Origin: Candidatus Poriferihabitaceae bacterium
Lineage (GTDB): Bacteria; Pseudomonadota; Gammaproteobacteria; Arenicellales; Poriferihabitantaceae
Direction of reading: 5' to 3'
DNA: 64,000 bases
Assembly: GCA_965223465.1 (NCBI GenBank)
Contig: OZ245025.1
Location: 295,009 to 359,008, forward strand
Part shown: positions 12,275 through 22,377 of the stretch, piece after piece
Position numbering within the stretch: position 1 is the first letter of the stretch
How the letters are laid out: each line of letters opens with the position of its first letter
The notes under the pieces: model-generated
Told to the model about the DNA's origin: nothing
Database searches by the model: none
Seen by the model: the letters and a program-made list of their open reading frames with translations, nothing else
Made by a program: the position numbers and the translations under genes

Positions 12275-13369
12275 ATGCTTCCATTTCTACCCTACCGCTT
12301 TCGTTTCGATATGCCTTTGTTCGTCGGTTTAGTCGTATTGTGCGCGACTAGCATATTGATTTTGTATAGTGCTGGTGGCGCCAACAGCGATCAAATTTTC
12401 CGCCAACTGATACGCATTGGTTTATCACTTGTTCTGATGTTGGTTGTCGCGCAGGTCACTCCATCGACCTTAATGCGTTATTCTCCGGTGATTTACGGCA
12501 TTGGTCTTGCGATGCTGGTAACCGTATTGGCCGTTGGATTTATCGGCAAAGGTGCACAGCGTTGGCTTGATGTGGGCCTATTTCGTTTTCAGCCCTCTGA
12601 AATCATGAAACTAGCAGTGCCAATGATGGTCGCGTGGGTAGCTACCCGACGTTTCTTACCATTGTCATTTTGGCATATCAGCTTGTGTTTTGTGGTGATC
12701 ATTGTACCTGCAGCACTTATTGGCGTGCAGCCCGATTTGGGGACGGCACTATTAGTCACCTTTGCGGGGTTAGTGGTTATTTTCTTGGCTGGGATTGCTT
12801 GGAAATTTGTCGCTTATATCTTCGGTTTGTTGGCGATCAGTGCGCCGTTGGTCTGGCAATTTGTGTTTCATGATTACCAAAGAACGCGCGTCCTGACTTT
12901 GTTTGATCCGTGGAAGGATCCTCTCGGTGCCGGCTATCATACGATCCAGTCTATGATCGCCATTGGTTCTGGGGGCAAAATGGGCAAGGGCTGGTTGCAT
13001 GGGACGCAAGCACAATTAGAATTTATTCCCGAGCGTAGCACGGATTTTATATTCTCAGTATTTGGTGAAGAGTTTGGCTTGGTTGGCTTTTTGTTTCTAC
13101 TCAGTATTTATCTCTTTCTGGTGCTTAGGGGCACCATGATTGCCTTTTATGCGCAGGAGACTTATGACCGGTTGTTGGCCGGGAGCGTAATTCTTACCTT
13201 TATGTTTTACGTGTTTGTTAACATTGGTATGGTCTCTGGTATATTACCCGTGGTGGGTGTGCCTTTGCCCTTGGTCAGCTACGGAGGCACATCAATGATA
13301 ACCCTGATGGCTGGGTTTGGTATCTTAATGAGCGTCCAATGCGAGGGGCGCAAACTATCACGTAGCTAA
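12275..13369 (+). CDS. rodA: SEDS peptidoglycan polymerase RodA
   Basis: GAQRW, FQPSEIMK, QPDLGT, TDFIF and PL.SYGG motifs. Confidence 0.97.
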   Translation: MLPFLPYRFRFDMPLFVGLVVLCATSILILYSAGGANSDQIFRQLIRIGLSLVLMLVVAQVTPSTLMRYSPVIYGIGLAMLVTVLAVGFIGKGAQRWLDVGLFRFQPSEIMKLAVPMMVAWVATRRFLPLSFWHISLCFVVIIVPAALIGVQPDLGTALLVTFAGLVVIFLAGIAWKFVAYIFGLLAISAPLVWQFVFHDYQRTRVLTLFDPWKDPLGAGYHTIQSMIAIGSGGKMGKGWLHGTQAQLEFIPERSTDFIFSVFGEEFGLVGFLFLLSIYLFLVLRGTMIAFYAQETYDRLLAGSVILTFMFYVFVNIGMVSGILPVVGVPLPLVSYGGTSMITLMAGFGILMSVQCEGRKLSRS

Positions 13370-13378
13370 TAAACTCGG

Positions 13379-14422
13379 TTGATTTCTATGACGCATAAAA
13401 TGGGTAAAAAATTAGTCAATACTTGCTTTCATGCAATCATTCGAAAGCATTCGATCCAGGCGGTGATAGTAGCATCCATGCTAGGGTTGATGGCTTCAGC
13501 ACTACCCGTAGCCGCGATTGAATTAGATGCGTCACCGCAGATGCAAGCCCTAACAGACAAATTGGTAAGAGATAAGATTTACACCCGTGAAGATTTACAA
13601 GCGTTATTAGGGCCGCTTGAAATTGATCAGGGCGTGCTGAAGTTATTTGAACGTCAGGCAGAAGCTAAACCATGGCACGAATACAAAAATATTTTTCTCA
13701 AAGATGATCGAATCATTGCGGGCAAGACATTCATGCAGACCCATCAACAATTGCTGGCAGATGTTGAAGCAGAATATGGCGTGCCACAGGAGGTTATAAC
13801 CGCGCTTATTGGTGTCGAAACCTATTATGGGACGCGCATGGGTTCACGCAGCGTATTGCGTTCCTTAGCAACATTGGTTGCTGCCTACCCGCGTCGTGCA
13901 AAATTTTTTGGTAAGGAGTTGGAGACCTTTTTAAGCTTACTGAAACAAGAAAAGTTAGTTGCTTCTGGTGTCGAGGGTTCTTACGCTGGCGCCATTGGTA
14001 TTCCGCAGTTCATGCCTACCAGCTATGTTGCTTATGCAGTGGATTTTAATCAAAATGGCAAGCGTGACTTAGTGCATGAATTGGCAGATGCAGCGGGTAG
14101 CGTGGCAAATTATCTGGTCGAGCATGGCTGGAAGCGCGGCGCACCTATTGCGCAATGGATTGATCAACCTATAAGCAGTACTGCTCAAAAACTGATCGAA
14201 AAGCGCGCGAAACCTAAGTATCGGGTGGAAACCTTGCGCCAAAAAGGGGTAGAACTTAATGATGCGAACGATACTAAAGTAAGCCTCAATCGCTTACAGG
14301 AAGCAGATGCGTCAAGATATTTTGTGGGTTACGCAAATTTTTACGCTTTAACGCGTTACAACCCGAGCAATAAATATGCAATGGCCATTGTTGAGTTGGC
14401 TCGGGCGATTACAAATAACTGA
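13379..14422 (+). CDS. mltB: Lytic murein transglycosylase B (true start may be downstream)
   Basis: IGVETYYG, GSYAGAIG.PQFMP.SY, DA.GSVANYL and YN.S..YA motifs. Confidence 0.93.
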   Translation: MISMTHKMGKKLVNTCFHAIIRKHSIQAVIVASMLGLMASALPVAAIELDASPQMQALTDKLVRDKIYTREDLQALLGPLEIDQGVLKLFERQAEAKPWHEYKNIFLKDDRIIAGKTFMQTHQQLLADVEAEYGVPQEVITALIGVETYYGTRMGSRSVLRSLATLVAAYPRRAKFFGKELETFLSLLKQEKLVASGVEGSYAGAIGIPQFMPTSYVAYAVDFNQNGKRDLVHELADAAGSVANYLVEHGWKRGAPIAQWIDQPISSTAQKLIEKRAKPKYRVETLRQKGVELNDANDTKVSLNRLQEADASRYFVGYANFYALTRYNPSNKYAMAIVELARAITNN

Positions 14423-14424
14423 TT

Positions 14425-15312
14425 GTGCCTAAACTTTATCGCGATATAGTTTTGCCGTACGAGTTCGGTATTTTCAGGTGCATGATGCTGTTGATTATTT
14501 GGGTTTTAGGTGCCTGCTCATTTGGCAGTGGGCGCACGGGTGGCCAATTCTTGCCAGGAGATGGCTTGCCTAAAGGGCATCGCATAGATATTGCTGCTGT
14601 ACCCAATGCCGTACCAAAACCAGAAAAGCTTAGTGAAACCGGGAATAAACCCTATCGGGTGTTTGGTAAAGGTTACGTGCCCCTGCGCTCAGCACAGGGC
14701 TATCGCGCAGAAGGGATTGCTTCTTGGTATGGCACTAAATTTCATGGGCGCAGGACTTCAAGTGGCGAACCATACAATATGTATGCCATGAGCGCAGCAC
14801 ATCGTACGCTTCCCTTGCCTTCCTATGCACGTGTGACCAATTTGGCGAATGGACGCAGTGTTATCGTTAAAGTCAATGATCGTGGTCCTTTTGTGGACCC
14901 CAAAAACAGAATTGTCGATCTATCTTATGTGGCAGCAGCCAAGCTAGGTGTGGTCGCGACCGGAACCGCGCGCGTTCGTATAGAGGCGGTGATGACTGCT
15001 GATCAAGCTCCATCTTCACTCCAAACGGCGAGTATTAATAAACCAGCCCAACCTATAAAACAGCGAGCAAAGATACCAATGGCTGAAGATACCACTGTCA
15101 GCTATTTACAGATGGGTGCTTTTTCTATGCGTTTAAATGCAGACCAGCTATTGCGTCGTTTGGCCAAAGCAGGGGTTAAGGCCTATGTACAACAGGCAGA
15201 TCGGTTGTTTAAAGTAAAATCCGGACCCTACGCTGACGCAGATGAGGCATTAAAACAAAAACTTCGCATTGACCGTATGTTGAATATAGAGGCAAGAGTT
15301 GTATTTGAATGA
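14425..15312 (+). CDS. rlpA: Septal ring lytic transglycosylase RlpA (lipoprotein with SPOR domain)
   Basis: Lipobox LGAC; G.ASWYG, AAHRTLPLPS, VNDRGPF; C-terminal LQMGAF SPOR domain. Confidence 0.93.
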   Translation: MPKLYRDIVLPYEFGIFRCMMLLIIWVLGACSFGSGRTGGQFLPGDGLPKGHRIDIAAVPNAVPKPEKLSETGNKPYRVFGKGYVPLRSAQGYRAEGIASWYGTKFHGRRTSSGEPYNMYAMSAAHRTLPLPSYARVTNLANGRSVIVKVNDRGPFVDPKNRIVDLSYVAAAKLGVVATGTARVRIEAVMTADQAPSSLQTASINKPAQPIKQRAKIPMAEDTTVSYLQMGAFSMRLNADQLLRRLAKAGVKAYVQQADRLFKVKSGPYADADEALKQKLRIDRMLNIEARVVFE

Positions 15313-16537
15313 TTTTTGCAAAATGGCCAATCGGCATTCGTCACCATATATGAATAATATCGTAATGAATATCTTACGCACCTTTACCCAGTTCGCGTTA
15401 TTTTTATGGGTTATATTCGCCTTTTCTCAGGCAGTCCAAGCGCAGACCCCAATCCCAGATTTTTTGCGGGCCAAAGGTAGCCCACCCACGCCCGAAGCCA
15501 AGGCCTGGGTATTGATAGAAAGCAAAACCGGCTGGACGATCACCTCCAATAATCCGCATGAGCGGGTGGATCCTGCAAGTCTTACCAAGCTGATGACTTC
15601 TTACATGGCATTTGAGGCGCTTGATAGCGGCAAAATAAAGGCGGATGATAAAGTATTTATTAGTGAAAAAGCCTGGAAAGCACCCGGCTCCAGAATGTTT
15701 TTAAAAGTAGATACTTCTGCGACTATCGCAGAATTACTCAATGGGTTGATTATTCAGTCGGGTAACGATGCAGCCATTGCCCTGGCGGAGCATCTGGGCG
15801 GAAGTGAAAGCGGTTTCGCTCAGTTGATGAATGAAAAAGCCGTGCAGTTGGGGATGAGCAATACGAAGTATATAAATTCGAGTGGCCTGCCCGACGAAGA
15901 GCATTATACCTCCGCCTATGATACTGCGATTTTGTCGCGCGCACTTATCCGGGATTATCCAGATATGTATGCCTTATTTGCGGTACGAGAATATACTTAT
16001 AATGAGATTACCCAAGCTAACCGGAATCGCCTTTTGTGGCGTGATGATAGTTACGATGGGCTGAAAACCGGGCATACCAATGCCGCTGGCTATTGTTTAG
16101 CTGGGTCTGCGGCACGCGGTAATACCCGGTTTATCGCGGTGGTGATGGGTGCGAAAAGTAATACCAGCCGAGTTCAAGGCGTCAGCGCATTAATAGAATA
16201 TGGTTTCACCCAGTACGAAACTACGACGGTTTTTCAGGCATCTGTTCCAGTGAAAAGCCCGAGCCTATATAAAGGCGCGCAAAAAACTGCAGAAATTGGT
16301 ACACCTCAGGCGGTTTCGGTTTTACTCCCCCGGGGGAGTGCGGGTTCGCTGCACATAGACTACCAATTACCGGAAAAACTAGTGGCACCTCTTAATTCCA
16401 ATGAAGCGGTTGGTCGCGCTAATTTGAGCTATATGGGCAATGCAATCGGCCACGTCGAACTCATGCCATTGCAGGATTATCCATTGGGCCCCATATGGTC
16501 ACAATTAATTGACGCGGTAAAAATCAAAATCTTCTAA
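15299..16537 (+). CDS. dacA: D-alanyl-D-alanine carboxypeptidase (PBP5/6; start probably ~15349-15366)
   Basis: PASLTK, SGNDA and KTGHT motifs. Confidence 0.93.
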   Translation: MYLNDFCKMANRHSSPYMNNIVMNILRTFTQFALFLWVIFAFSQAVQAQTPIPDFLRAKGSPPTPEAKAWVLIESKTGWTITSNNPHERVDPASLTKLMTSYMAFEALDSGKIKADDKVFISEKAWKAPGSRMFLKVDTSATIAELLNGLIIQSGNDAAIALAEHLGGSESGFAQLMNEKAVQLGMSNTKYINSSGLPDEEHYTSAYDTAILSRALIRDYPDMYALFAVREYTYNEITQANRNRLLWRDDSYDGLKTGHTNAAGYCLAGSAARGNTRFIAVVMGAKSNTSRVQGVSALIEYGFTQYETTTVFQASVPVKSPSLYKGAQKTAEIGTPQAVSVLLPRGSAGSLHIDYQLPEKLVAPLNSNEAVGRANLSYMGNAIGHVELMPLQDYPLGPIWSQLIDAVKIKIF

Positions 16538-16833
16538 TGAAAATTACGCAAACTAAAATGCCCGAGCCGAGCTCTGAGGCGCCAGGAATGGTTTTCCCTT
16601 GCACCATAGATGTCAAAATTTTTGTCAATAATGAACAGGCGGTGGAGGCACAATTAAAGGAATTTGTCGTTGCTCACCTGGAGAATAAAAATCTACATGA
16701 TTGGCGTAGCCGCTCCAGCAGTGCAGGGAAATATTTGGCGATTACTGCTTCAGTAAAAGCACAAAGCCGTGATCATATTGATAGGCTCTATCAAGCGCTA
16801 CACGACCACGACCTAGTGATTATGATGTTATAA
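16537..16833 (+). CDS. ybeD: YbeD / DUF493 family protein
   Basis: FPC...K, SS.GKY and ..Y.AL motifs; conserved position between dacA and lipB. Confidence 0.85.
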   Translation: MKITQTKMPEPSSEAPGMVFPCTIDVKIFVNNEQAVEAQLKEFVVAHLENKNLHDWRSRSSSAGKYLAITASVKAQSRDHIDRLYQALHDHDLVIMML

Positions 16834-16841
16834 CAGTTAAA

Positions 16842-17492
16842 TTGCATTCTACGAATCGTATACAGATGCAGTCTTTATCTCCTCGGGTTTTGTTTTTGGG
16901 CGAAGTGAACTATTTGGATAGTTATGCCTGGATGCAAGCGTTTACCGGTTGTCGTGATGTAAGCACCAAGGATGAGTTTTGGGTGCTTAGTCATCCTCCA
17001 GTCTATACGCAGGGTACCAGTTGTGAAGCGATACCCGATCCTAAAGGTGGAAACATCCCAGTTGTTAAATCGGATCGAGGAGGTCAAATCAGTTACCATG
17101 GCCCCGGCCAATTGGTTATCTATTTGTTACTGGATATTAGGCGATTGCGTATCGGGCCAAAAAGCCTGGTGAGGCGTATTGAAGAAGCGATTAAAATTTT
17201 ACTTAGCGAATATGCGATCCAGGGAAAAACCAATAAAGGTGCACCGGGTATTTACGTCGATGGGGAAAAAATCGCAGCCTTAGGCTTACGCATCAAAAAT
17301 GGTTGTTGCTATCACGGGTTAAGTCTCAATATTGATATGGACCTATCACCATTTAACGCTATTGACCCTTGCGGTTATGCCGGGTTGAAGGTCACACAAA
17401 TAGCTGATTTTGGCGGCAAGAAGCCTTTTTCCAGAATCGCGAATCAATTGGTCGATTGTTTGATTGATTCAATATATGCAAGCACGGATTGA
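16842..17492 (+). CDS. lipB: Lipoyl(octanoyl) transferase
   Basis: HPPVYTQG, DRGGQ.SYHGPGQL, KIAALG and YHGLSLN...PCG motifs. Confidence 0.95.
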   Translation: MHSTNRIQMQSLSPRVLFLGEVNYLDSYAWMQAFTGCRDVSTKDEFWVLSHPPVYTQGTSCEAIPDPKGGNIPVVKSDRGGQISYHGPGQLVIYLLLDIRRLRIGPKSLVRRIEEAIKILLSEYAIQGKTNKGAPGIYVDGEKIAALGLRIKNGCCYHGLSLNIDMDLSPFNAIDPCGYAGLKVTQIADFGGKKPFSRIANQLVDCLIDSIYASTD

Positions 17493-18163
17493 GCACTTTT
17501 TGCCGCTGCTAAGCGTTTGTGCGTGCCGATATCGTTCCATATACCTGCGTAGTGCGTGCCGTCTAATTGTTGCTGACGAATAGCGGTTTCCAAAATTGGG
17601 CGTAGCGCCATTTTCCCGGCGGGCAAATCTTCAAATAGAGCTCGATCAAACCAGGCGATTCCACTATAGGTACACGATCGGTCTTTTGGCTGGTCTGCTT
17701 TCAGCGCAAGCTTAGCATTGGCTGGTAAAACGAAATCACCATTGGGATGATGGGCGGGGTTGTCAACCATGATTAGCTGCCCCATTTGTGTAACGTGCTG
17801 GTTTTGCTGCAAGTGACTGAGCGGATAATCGCACAGAATGTCCGCGCTAATCACCGCAAATTTTTGGGTTTTAATTAAATGCAATGCATGCGTGATACCA
17901 CCAGCGGTTTCGAGTGCTTCTTCTGGTTCAATCGAGTAGCTAATTTGGAGTCCATATTGACGCCCATCTCCTAGTTTGGCTTGGATCATATCACCCAGAT
18001 GGTGCAGGTTGATAATTATATGGTGGTAACCCGAGCGCCTGAGATTATATAAGTGAATTTCTATCAGGCTGATTCCTTCAATTTCCAATAAAGGCTTGGG
18101 CAGATTATCAGTCAAAGGGCGCAGGCGTTCGCCTCGGCCGGCTGCAAGAATCATGGCATCCAT
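17444..18163 (-). CDS. murU: N-acetylmuramate alpha-1-phosphate uridylyltransferase-like nucleotidyltransferase
   Basis: AMILAAGRGERLRPLT..PKPL, LETAGG, NP.HHP.GDF and W.DIGT motifs; divergent from lptD. Confidence 0.85.
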   Translation of the reverse strand: MDAMILAAGRGERLRPLTDNLPKPLLEIEGISLIEIHLYNLRRSGYHHIIINLHHLGDMIQAKLGDGRQYGLQISYSIEPEEALETAGGITHALHLIKTQKFAVISADILCDYPLSHLQQNQHVTQMGQLIMVDNPAHHPNGDFVLPANAKLALKADQPKDRSCTYSGIAWFDRALFEDLPAGKMALRPILETAIRQQQLDGTHYAGIWNDIGTHKRLAAAKSAQSVLAYIESIKQSTN

Positions 18164-18281
18164 AAATAATGGTTAGCTGCTTAAAGATGACTAGGAAATC
18201 GGTTGCTCATTATTGAACAACGCCTAAAAAAAAGAACGCATGCGTTAGCTTTAAAAAGCGTTTCGCGATATTATAGCAGTC

Positions 18282-20705
18282 TTGGGTTTGCCAACGCTGT
18301 TGCGGCTTGAAACACCGCAATGCGCAGCATTCAACGAACTAACTAAAAAATCGAGATATCGCGTGTCTTTAAAAATACCCAGCTCCCTCGTCGTGCCTGT
18401 GCGGCAATCTTTATTTTTCGTTTTAACCTGTAATCTTGTATCAGTACCAATCTACGCAGCAGATGATGAGATCGGTTTTGCGGATGAGTCCGTATGTAGC
18501 GCTCCAAGAGTTGATTTGCCTGAATTACTGATATCAGCGCCTGCAGATAACGCCGAAGAGCAGGAAATTGGCCTGGAAGGGGATCAGATGGATATTGACG
18601 TGAACGACAAAGATAAAGTCGTCATGTCAGGTAATGCCCAGGTTGTTCAGGGTCAGCGTGGTGTTTTTGCCGATAAAATCACCTATGATCAGGGCAACTA
18701 TCAGGCAATCGTGGAGGGTAATGTTCGTTATTACACCGAGGCGGGAGATGAAATTGAAGCGGACTCCATGCGTTTAGAGATTGATTCTTTTATCGGCGAT
18801 ACAGGTCCTGCCAGCATGCATTTGGTTAGTCGCAAGCCGATTAAAAAAGCAACCAAGCGTAACTATATTGAAGATTACACGCCATTCGCTCCAATCTTGA
18901 ATCGCATAATTGATGTGCCTGAACAGGCAACCGATAACAGGCCGCGTGTGGAAAACCGGGTTACCGCCGATAAAATAGACATTGAGGGAGAAGGATTCCA
19001 ACGATTGCATGGCGCGACCGTGACCCGTTGCCCATATGGAGAAGACGTGCTCATCGTCAGCGAGGCAGTTGAACTCGACCACGAAGAAGGCGTCGGGTAT
19101 GCTGAAAATGTAACTGTCAAATTCAAAGGGGTTCCTATTTTATGGGCGCCACGGTTTTCTTTTCCGCTCAATAATGAACGTAAAACCGGGTTTTTGGCGC
19201 CCAGCATTGGGGATGATGAGGTATCTGGTTTTGTGCTCTCTTTTCCCTACTACTTTAATATTGCACCTCAGTATGATGCCACGCTTCGGCCAACGGTTTA
19301 CACAGATCGTGGTGTCCAGTTATTCGGTGAATTTCGTTATCTAAATGAGAAAGGAGATGCGGTCCTAAAAGGGGAGTATTTGCCGCAAGACGATTTATTT
19401 GAGCAAGAAGATCGCTACGCCTATGGTCTTGACCTTAAGCAAAATTACGACAATGGCTGGGGCGTGCGGGTTGATTTGCAAGATGTCTCTGATACCAGCT
19501 ATCTCAGTGATTTTAGAAATGATATTAATATTACCAGTGCAACGCATCTTCCACAGACATTGCAACTAAATTACAACGATAGTCTGCTGTATATGCGCAG
19601 CAAATTATCTGAATATACCGCGGTTGCGCCTGATCAAGAAAGTAGTCAACCGTTTGATCGCTTGCCGCAAATAGAATTCGGGGTTCGACCGCAGGATATG
19701 GGCCCATTTGAGTTAGCGCTGGATTCCGAATATATTAGTTTTGATCATGATGATACTGATCGAGTCACCGGCAAGCGTCTAAATATTAAGCCTTCGATTA
19801 GCATGCCATACGAGCCCATCTATGGTTACCTAAAACCAAAACTTTCTTATCGCGCGTTGAGCTATCAATTGGATAACGTTGCTACGGGTGAGGAAGACAG
19901 CCCATCGGCTGCCGCGCCCATATTTAGTGTCGATAGCGGTTTGTATTTTGAGCGAGATATGCAGTTGGGTGATAATGAAATGTTGCAAACATTAGAGCCG
20001 CGCGTGATGTATGTTTATGTCCCCGAAGAAGATCAAGATGGATTTCCCGATTTCGATACTGGTTTGGGCAGTGTCAGCAGCTACAACGTACTATTTCGTG
20101 AAGATCGGTTTTTTGGTGGTGATAGAATTGGTGACGACCACCACGTCGCATTAGGGGTGACCACCCGCTTAATTGATGACGCCAGTGGTAAGGAGCGTCT
20201 TAAGGCCAGCATTGGGCAATTATATTATTTAGATGATCGCGAGGTGGGGTTAACTGACTCGGAAGAAGCAGCCGATACGGCGGATAAATCAGATATTTTT
20301 GCAGAGCTTAATGCGCCCATTACGGACGAACTTGAACTAAGGTCTTTTTTAAGATTTGATCAAGATGACGGTGATCTTACCAACATTACTGCAGGCCTGG
20401 ATTATAACAGTGGCTCGCGCCGGTTTGCCTCCTTGGACTATTATAAAAACGACGAAGTCAGCGAAGATCTGCGGCTGCAATTAGACTGGCCCATCTCACC
20501 GCGCGTCCAGTTCCAAACGGATAATCGATACTCACTTGAAGACGAGGAGTTTCGCGCGAATAGTTTCGGTTTGGTGTACGACGGTTGCTGCTGGGCAGTG
20601 GGCTTAAAAGCAACGCGTATCCTACAAAATGATGGCGAATTTCGTGACAGCATCCTGGCTACCCTAGAATTGGATGGATTGGGTAAGCTACAAACAGCGC
20701 GCTAG
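18282..20705 (+). CDS. lptD: LPS assembly protein LptD (start possibly GTG 18363)
   Basis: N-terminal beta-jellyroll; RKTGFL.P, PYYFNIAP.YD, TLEPR..Y.YVP, DRF.GGDRIGD, Y..CCW; followed by surA. Confidence 0.95.
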   Translation: MGLPTLLRLETPQCAAFNELTKKSRYRVSLKIPSSLVVPVRQSLFFVLTCNLVSVPIYAADDEIGFADESVCSAPRVDLPELLISAPADNAEEQEIGLEGDQMDIDVNDKDKVVMSGNAQVVQGQRGVFADKITYDQGNYQAIVEGNVRYYTEAGDEIEADSMRLEIDSFIGDTGPASMHLVSRKPIKKATKRNYIEDYTPFAPILNRIIDVPEQATDNRPRVENRVTADKIDIEGEGFQRLHGATVTRCPYGEDVLIVSEAVELDHEEGVGYAENVTVKFKGVPILWAPRFSFPLNNERKTGFLAPSIGDDEVSGFVLSFPYYFNIAPQYDATLRPTVYTDRGVQLFGEFRYLNEKGDAVLKGEYLPQDDLFEQEDRYAYGLDLKQNYDNGWGVRVDLQDVSDTSYLSDFRNDINITSATHLPQTLQLNYNDSLLYMRSKLSEYTAVAPDQESSQPFDRLPQIEFGVRPQDMGPFELALDSEYISFDHDDTDRVTGKRLNIKPSISMPYEPIYGYLKPKLSYRALSYQLDNVATGEEDSPSAAAPIFSVDSGLYFERDMQLGDNEMLQTLEPRVMYVYVPEEDQDGFPDFDTGLGSVSSYNVLFREDRFFGGDRIGDDHHVALGVTTRLIDDASGKERLKASIGQLYYLDDREVGLTDSEEAADTADKSDIFAELNAPITDELELRSFLRFDQDDGDLTNITAGLDYNSGSRRFASLDYYKNDEVSEDLRLQLDWPISPRVQFQTDNRYSLEDEEFRANSFGLVYDGCCWAVGLKATRILQNDGEFRDSILATLELDGLGKLQTAR

Positions 20706-20732
20706 TTATTTGTTATTGGTGTTTTTCTTAAG

Positions 20733-22025
20733 ATGCTAAAGTTGTTAACGAGTGCATGGCTTAAACATCGCATTATAGTTGGTTTGAGCCTTATGCTTTT
20801 GAGCATGCAGGCTTTTACGCAAGCGATTGATGAAGTGGTGCTGGTGGTTGATGATCAAGCGATCACCGCGCGGGAATTTAGCGTGTTGCACCTAATTCAT
20901 GATCCTGCCAAACCCTATGCGCTGGTTGCGCCTAAGCTAGGGGAGCGTATTACCGACGCCATTGTGGATGAATTGCTGCTTGCAACCCATGCCAAAAGGC
21001 TTGATCCAGATGCTAAAGTTGAACCTGCAGAAATACAAGCAGCAATCAATGCCTTAGCGCGTCAGAACAATTTGACGCAGGATCAATTCTTACGCCGGCT
21101 TAATTCACAGGGGGTGGATATTCAAATATTTCGTGAAAGCCTGCAGCAACGTATCTTGGTAAGGCAAGTCGTAGCGCAAAGGATAGCACGCAGTATTGTT
21201 GTATCTCCTGCAGAAGTGCAAGAGTATATTAATAACCGCCCAGAATTGAAAACCCAGACGCAGAAGAAATACAGGGCTTCGCATTTGGTCGTGCCACTGG
21301 TTGATGGTTTGACTAAGAAGCAAGTGCAATCAAGGCGAGAAGTGATTGAGAAAGTCAGAAAGCGTTTGCTCGAAGGTGATGGTTTTGCGCAGGTAATTGA
21401 GGAGGTTGAGCAGGTTCAATCGAGCGGTAACGAAGGGGATCTAGGCTGGAAGAGTCAAAATGAACTCCCCGCATTATTTGTCGAGGTATTGGATAAGCTA
21501 CAAGTCGGGCAACTCTCACAAGTTATAGAGAGTGGCAATGGCTACCACTTATTAGCCTTGATGGAAGTTCAGTCGTCTGGGGGTCTACCAAAGGAGTATA
21601 AAGTAAGGCATATATTTAAAGGGTTGGCCCCTAAAGCTGAAGTGAGTAGATTGACTGAAACACTTAAGAATCTAAAGGCACAAATTTTAGCAGGTGTTGA
21701 TTTTAAGACTGTTGCGCGGTCCGAATCACAAGATGCAGCCACGGCCTCGCGAGGGGGTGAATTAGGCTGGATCAAGCCCGAACAAATTGATCCACTGTTT
21801 GCCCAGGCCATATTGGGGCTGGAAGTAGGCCAGATAAGTGATCCGGTGCGGACGAAATTTGGTTTGCACCTAATTCAACTACTTGAAACACGTGATCAAA
21901 AGGGAGTAGCGACCCTTGAAGAAAGAGTACGGCAAAGGATTTTTTCTGAAAAAGTAGATGAGCAAATTCAGGATTTACTCAATGAAGTTAAGCAAATAGC
22001 ATTGATTGAGGTGGTAGCACAATGA
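20733..22025 (+). CDS. surA: Periplasmic chaperone / peptidyl-prolyl isomerase SurA
   Basis: Signal peptide, SurA N-domain and two parvulin domains (GDLGW, GGELGW, G.H.I.L). Confidence 0.9.
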   Translation: MLKLLTSAWLKHRIIVGLSLMLLSMQAFTQAIDEVVLVVDDQAITAREFSVLHLIHDPAKPYALVAPKLGERITDAIVDELLLATHAKRLDPDAKVEPAEIQAAINALARQNNLTQDQFLRRLNSQGVDIQIFRESLQQRILVRQVVAQRIARSIVVSPAEVQEYINNRPELKTQTQKKYRASHLVVPLVDGLTKKQVQSRREVIEKVRKRLLEGDGFAQVIEEVEQVQSSGNEGDLGWKSQNELPALFVEVLDKLQVGQLSQVIESGNGYHLLALMEVQSSGGLPKEYKVRHIFKGLAPKAEVSRLTETLKNLKAQILAGVDFKTVARSESQDAATASRGGELGWIKPEQIDPLFAQAILGLEVGQISDPVRTKFGLHLIQLLETRDQKGVATLEERVRQRIFSEKVDEQIQDLLNEVKQIALIEVVAQ

Positions 22026-22249
22026 GCGATGGCGCGAAATTGAAAAATGCAATTCTTTCCTTATTACCCGAAACAATGGCGAGGGATTTGAAAGATAATG
22101 TTGATGCCACGATCCAAAGTTATTTTGCTGATATGAATCTGGTCTCGCGCAACGAGTTCGAAATTCAGCAAAAAGTACTGGCCAAAACACGTGCCAAGCT
22201 GGACGCGCTCGAAAAAATAATTGCTGAGCTGGAAGACAAACAAAGCTGA
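22022..22249 (+). CDS. ubiK: Ubiquinone biosynthesis accessory factor UbiK (YqiC / BMFP)
   Basis: LVSR.EFE.Q..VL.KTR.KL..LE coiled-coil motif; usual position upstream of comM. Confidence 0.88.
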   Translation: MSDGAKLKNAILSLLPETMARDLKDNVDATIQSYFADMNLVSRNEFEIQQKVLAKTRAKLDALEKIIAELEDKQS

Positions 22250-22377
22250 GATCAAATCAAAGGAAACGAGCAATATGGAAAGCACAGCAGTTTCAAGTTT
22301 AAGTAGCAGACGACCAAAAAGAACCTTAGCCTCGGTCGAATTGTATTGGCAGTATCTGCGGTTTCAGCCAGCGTGAA

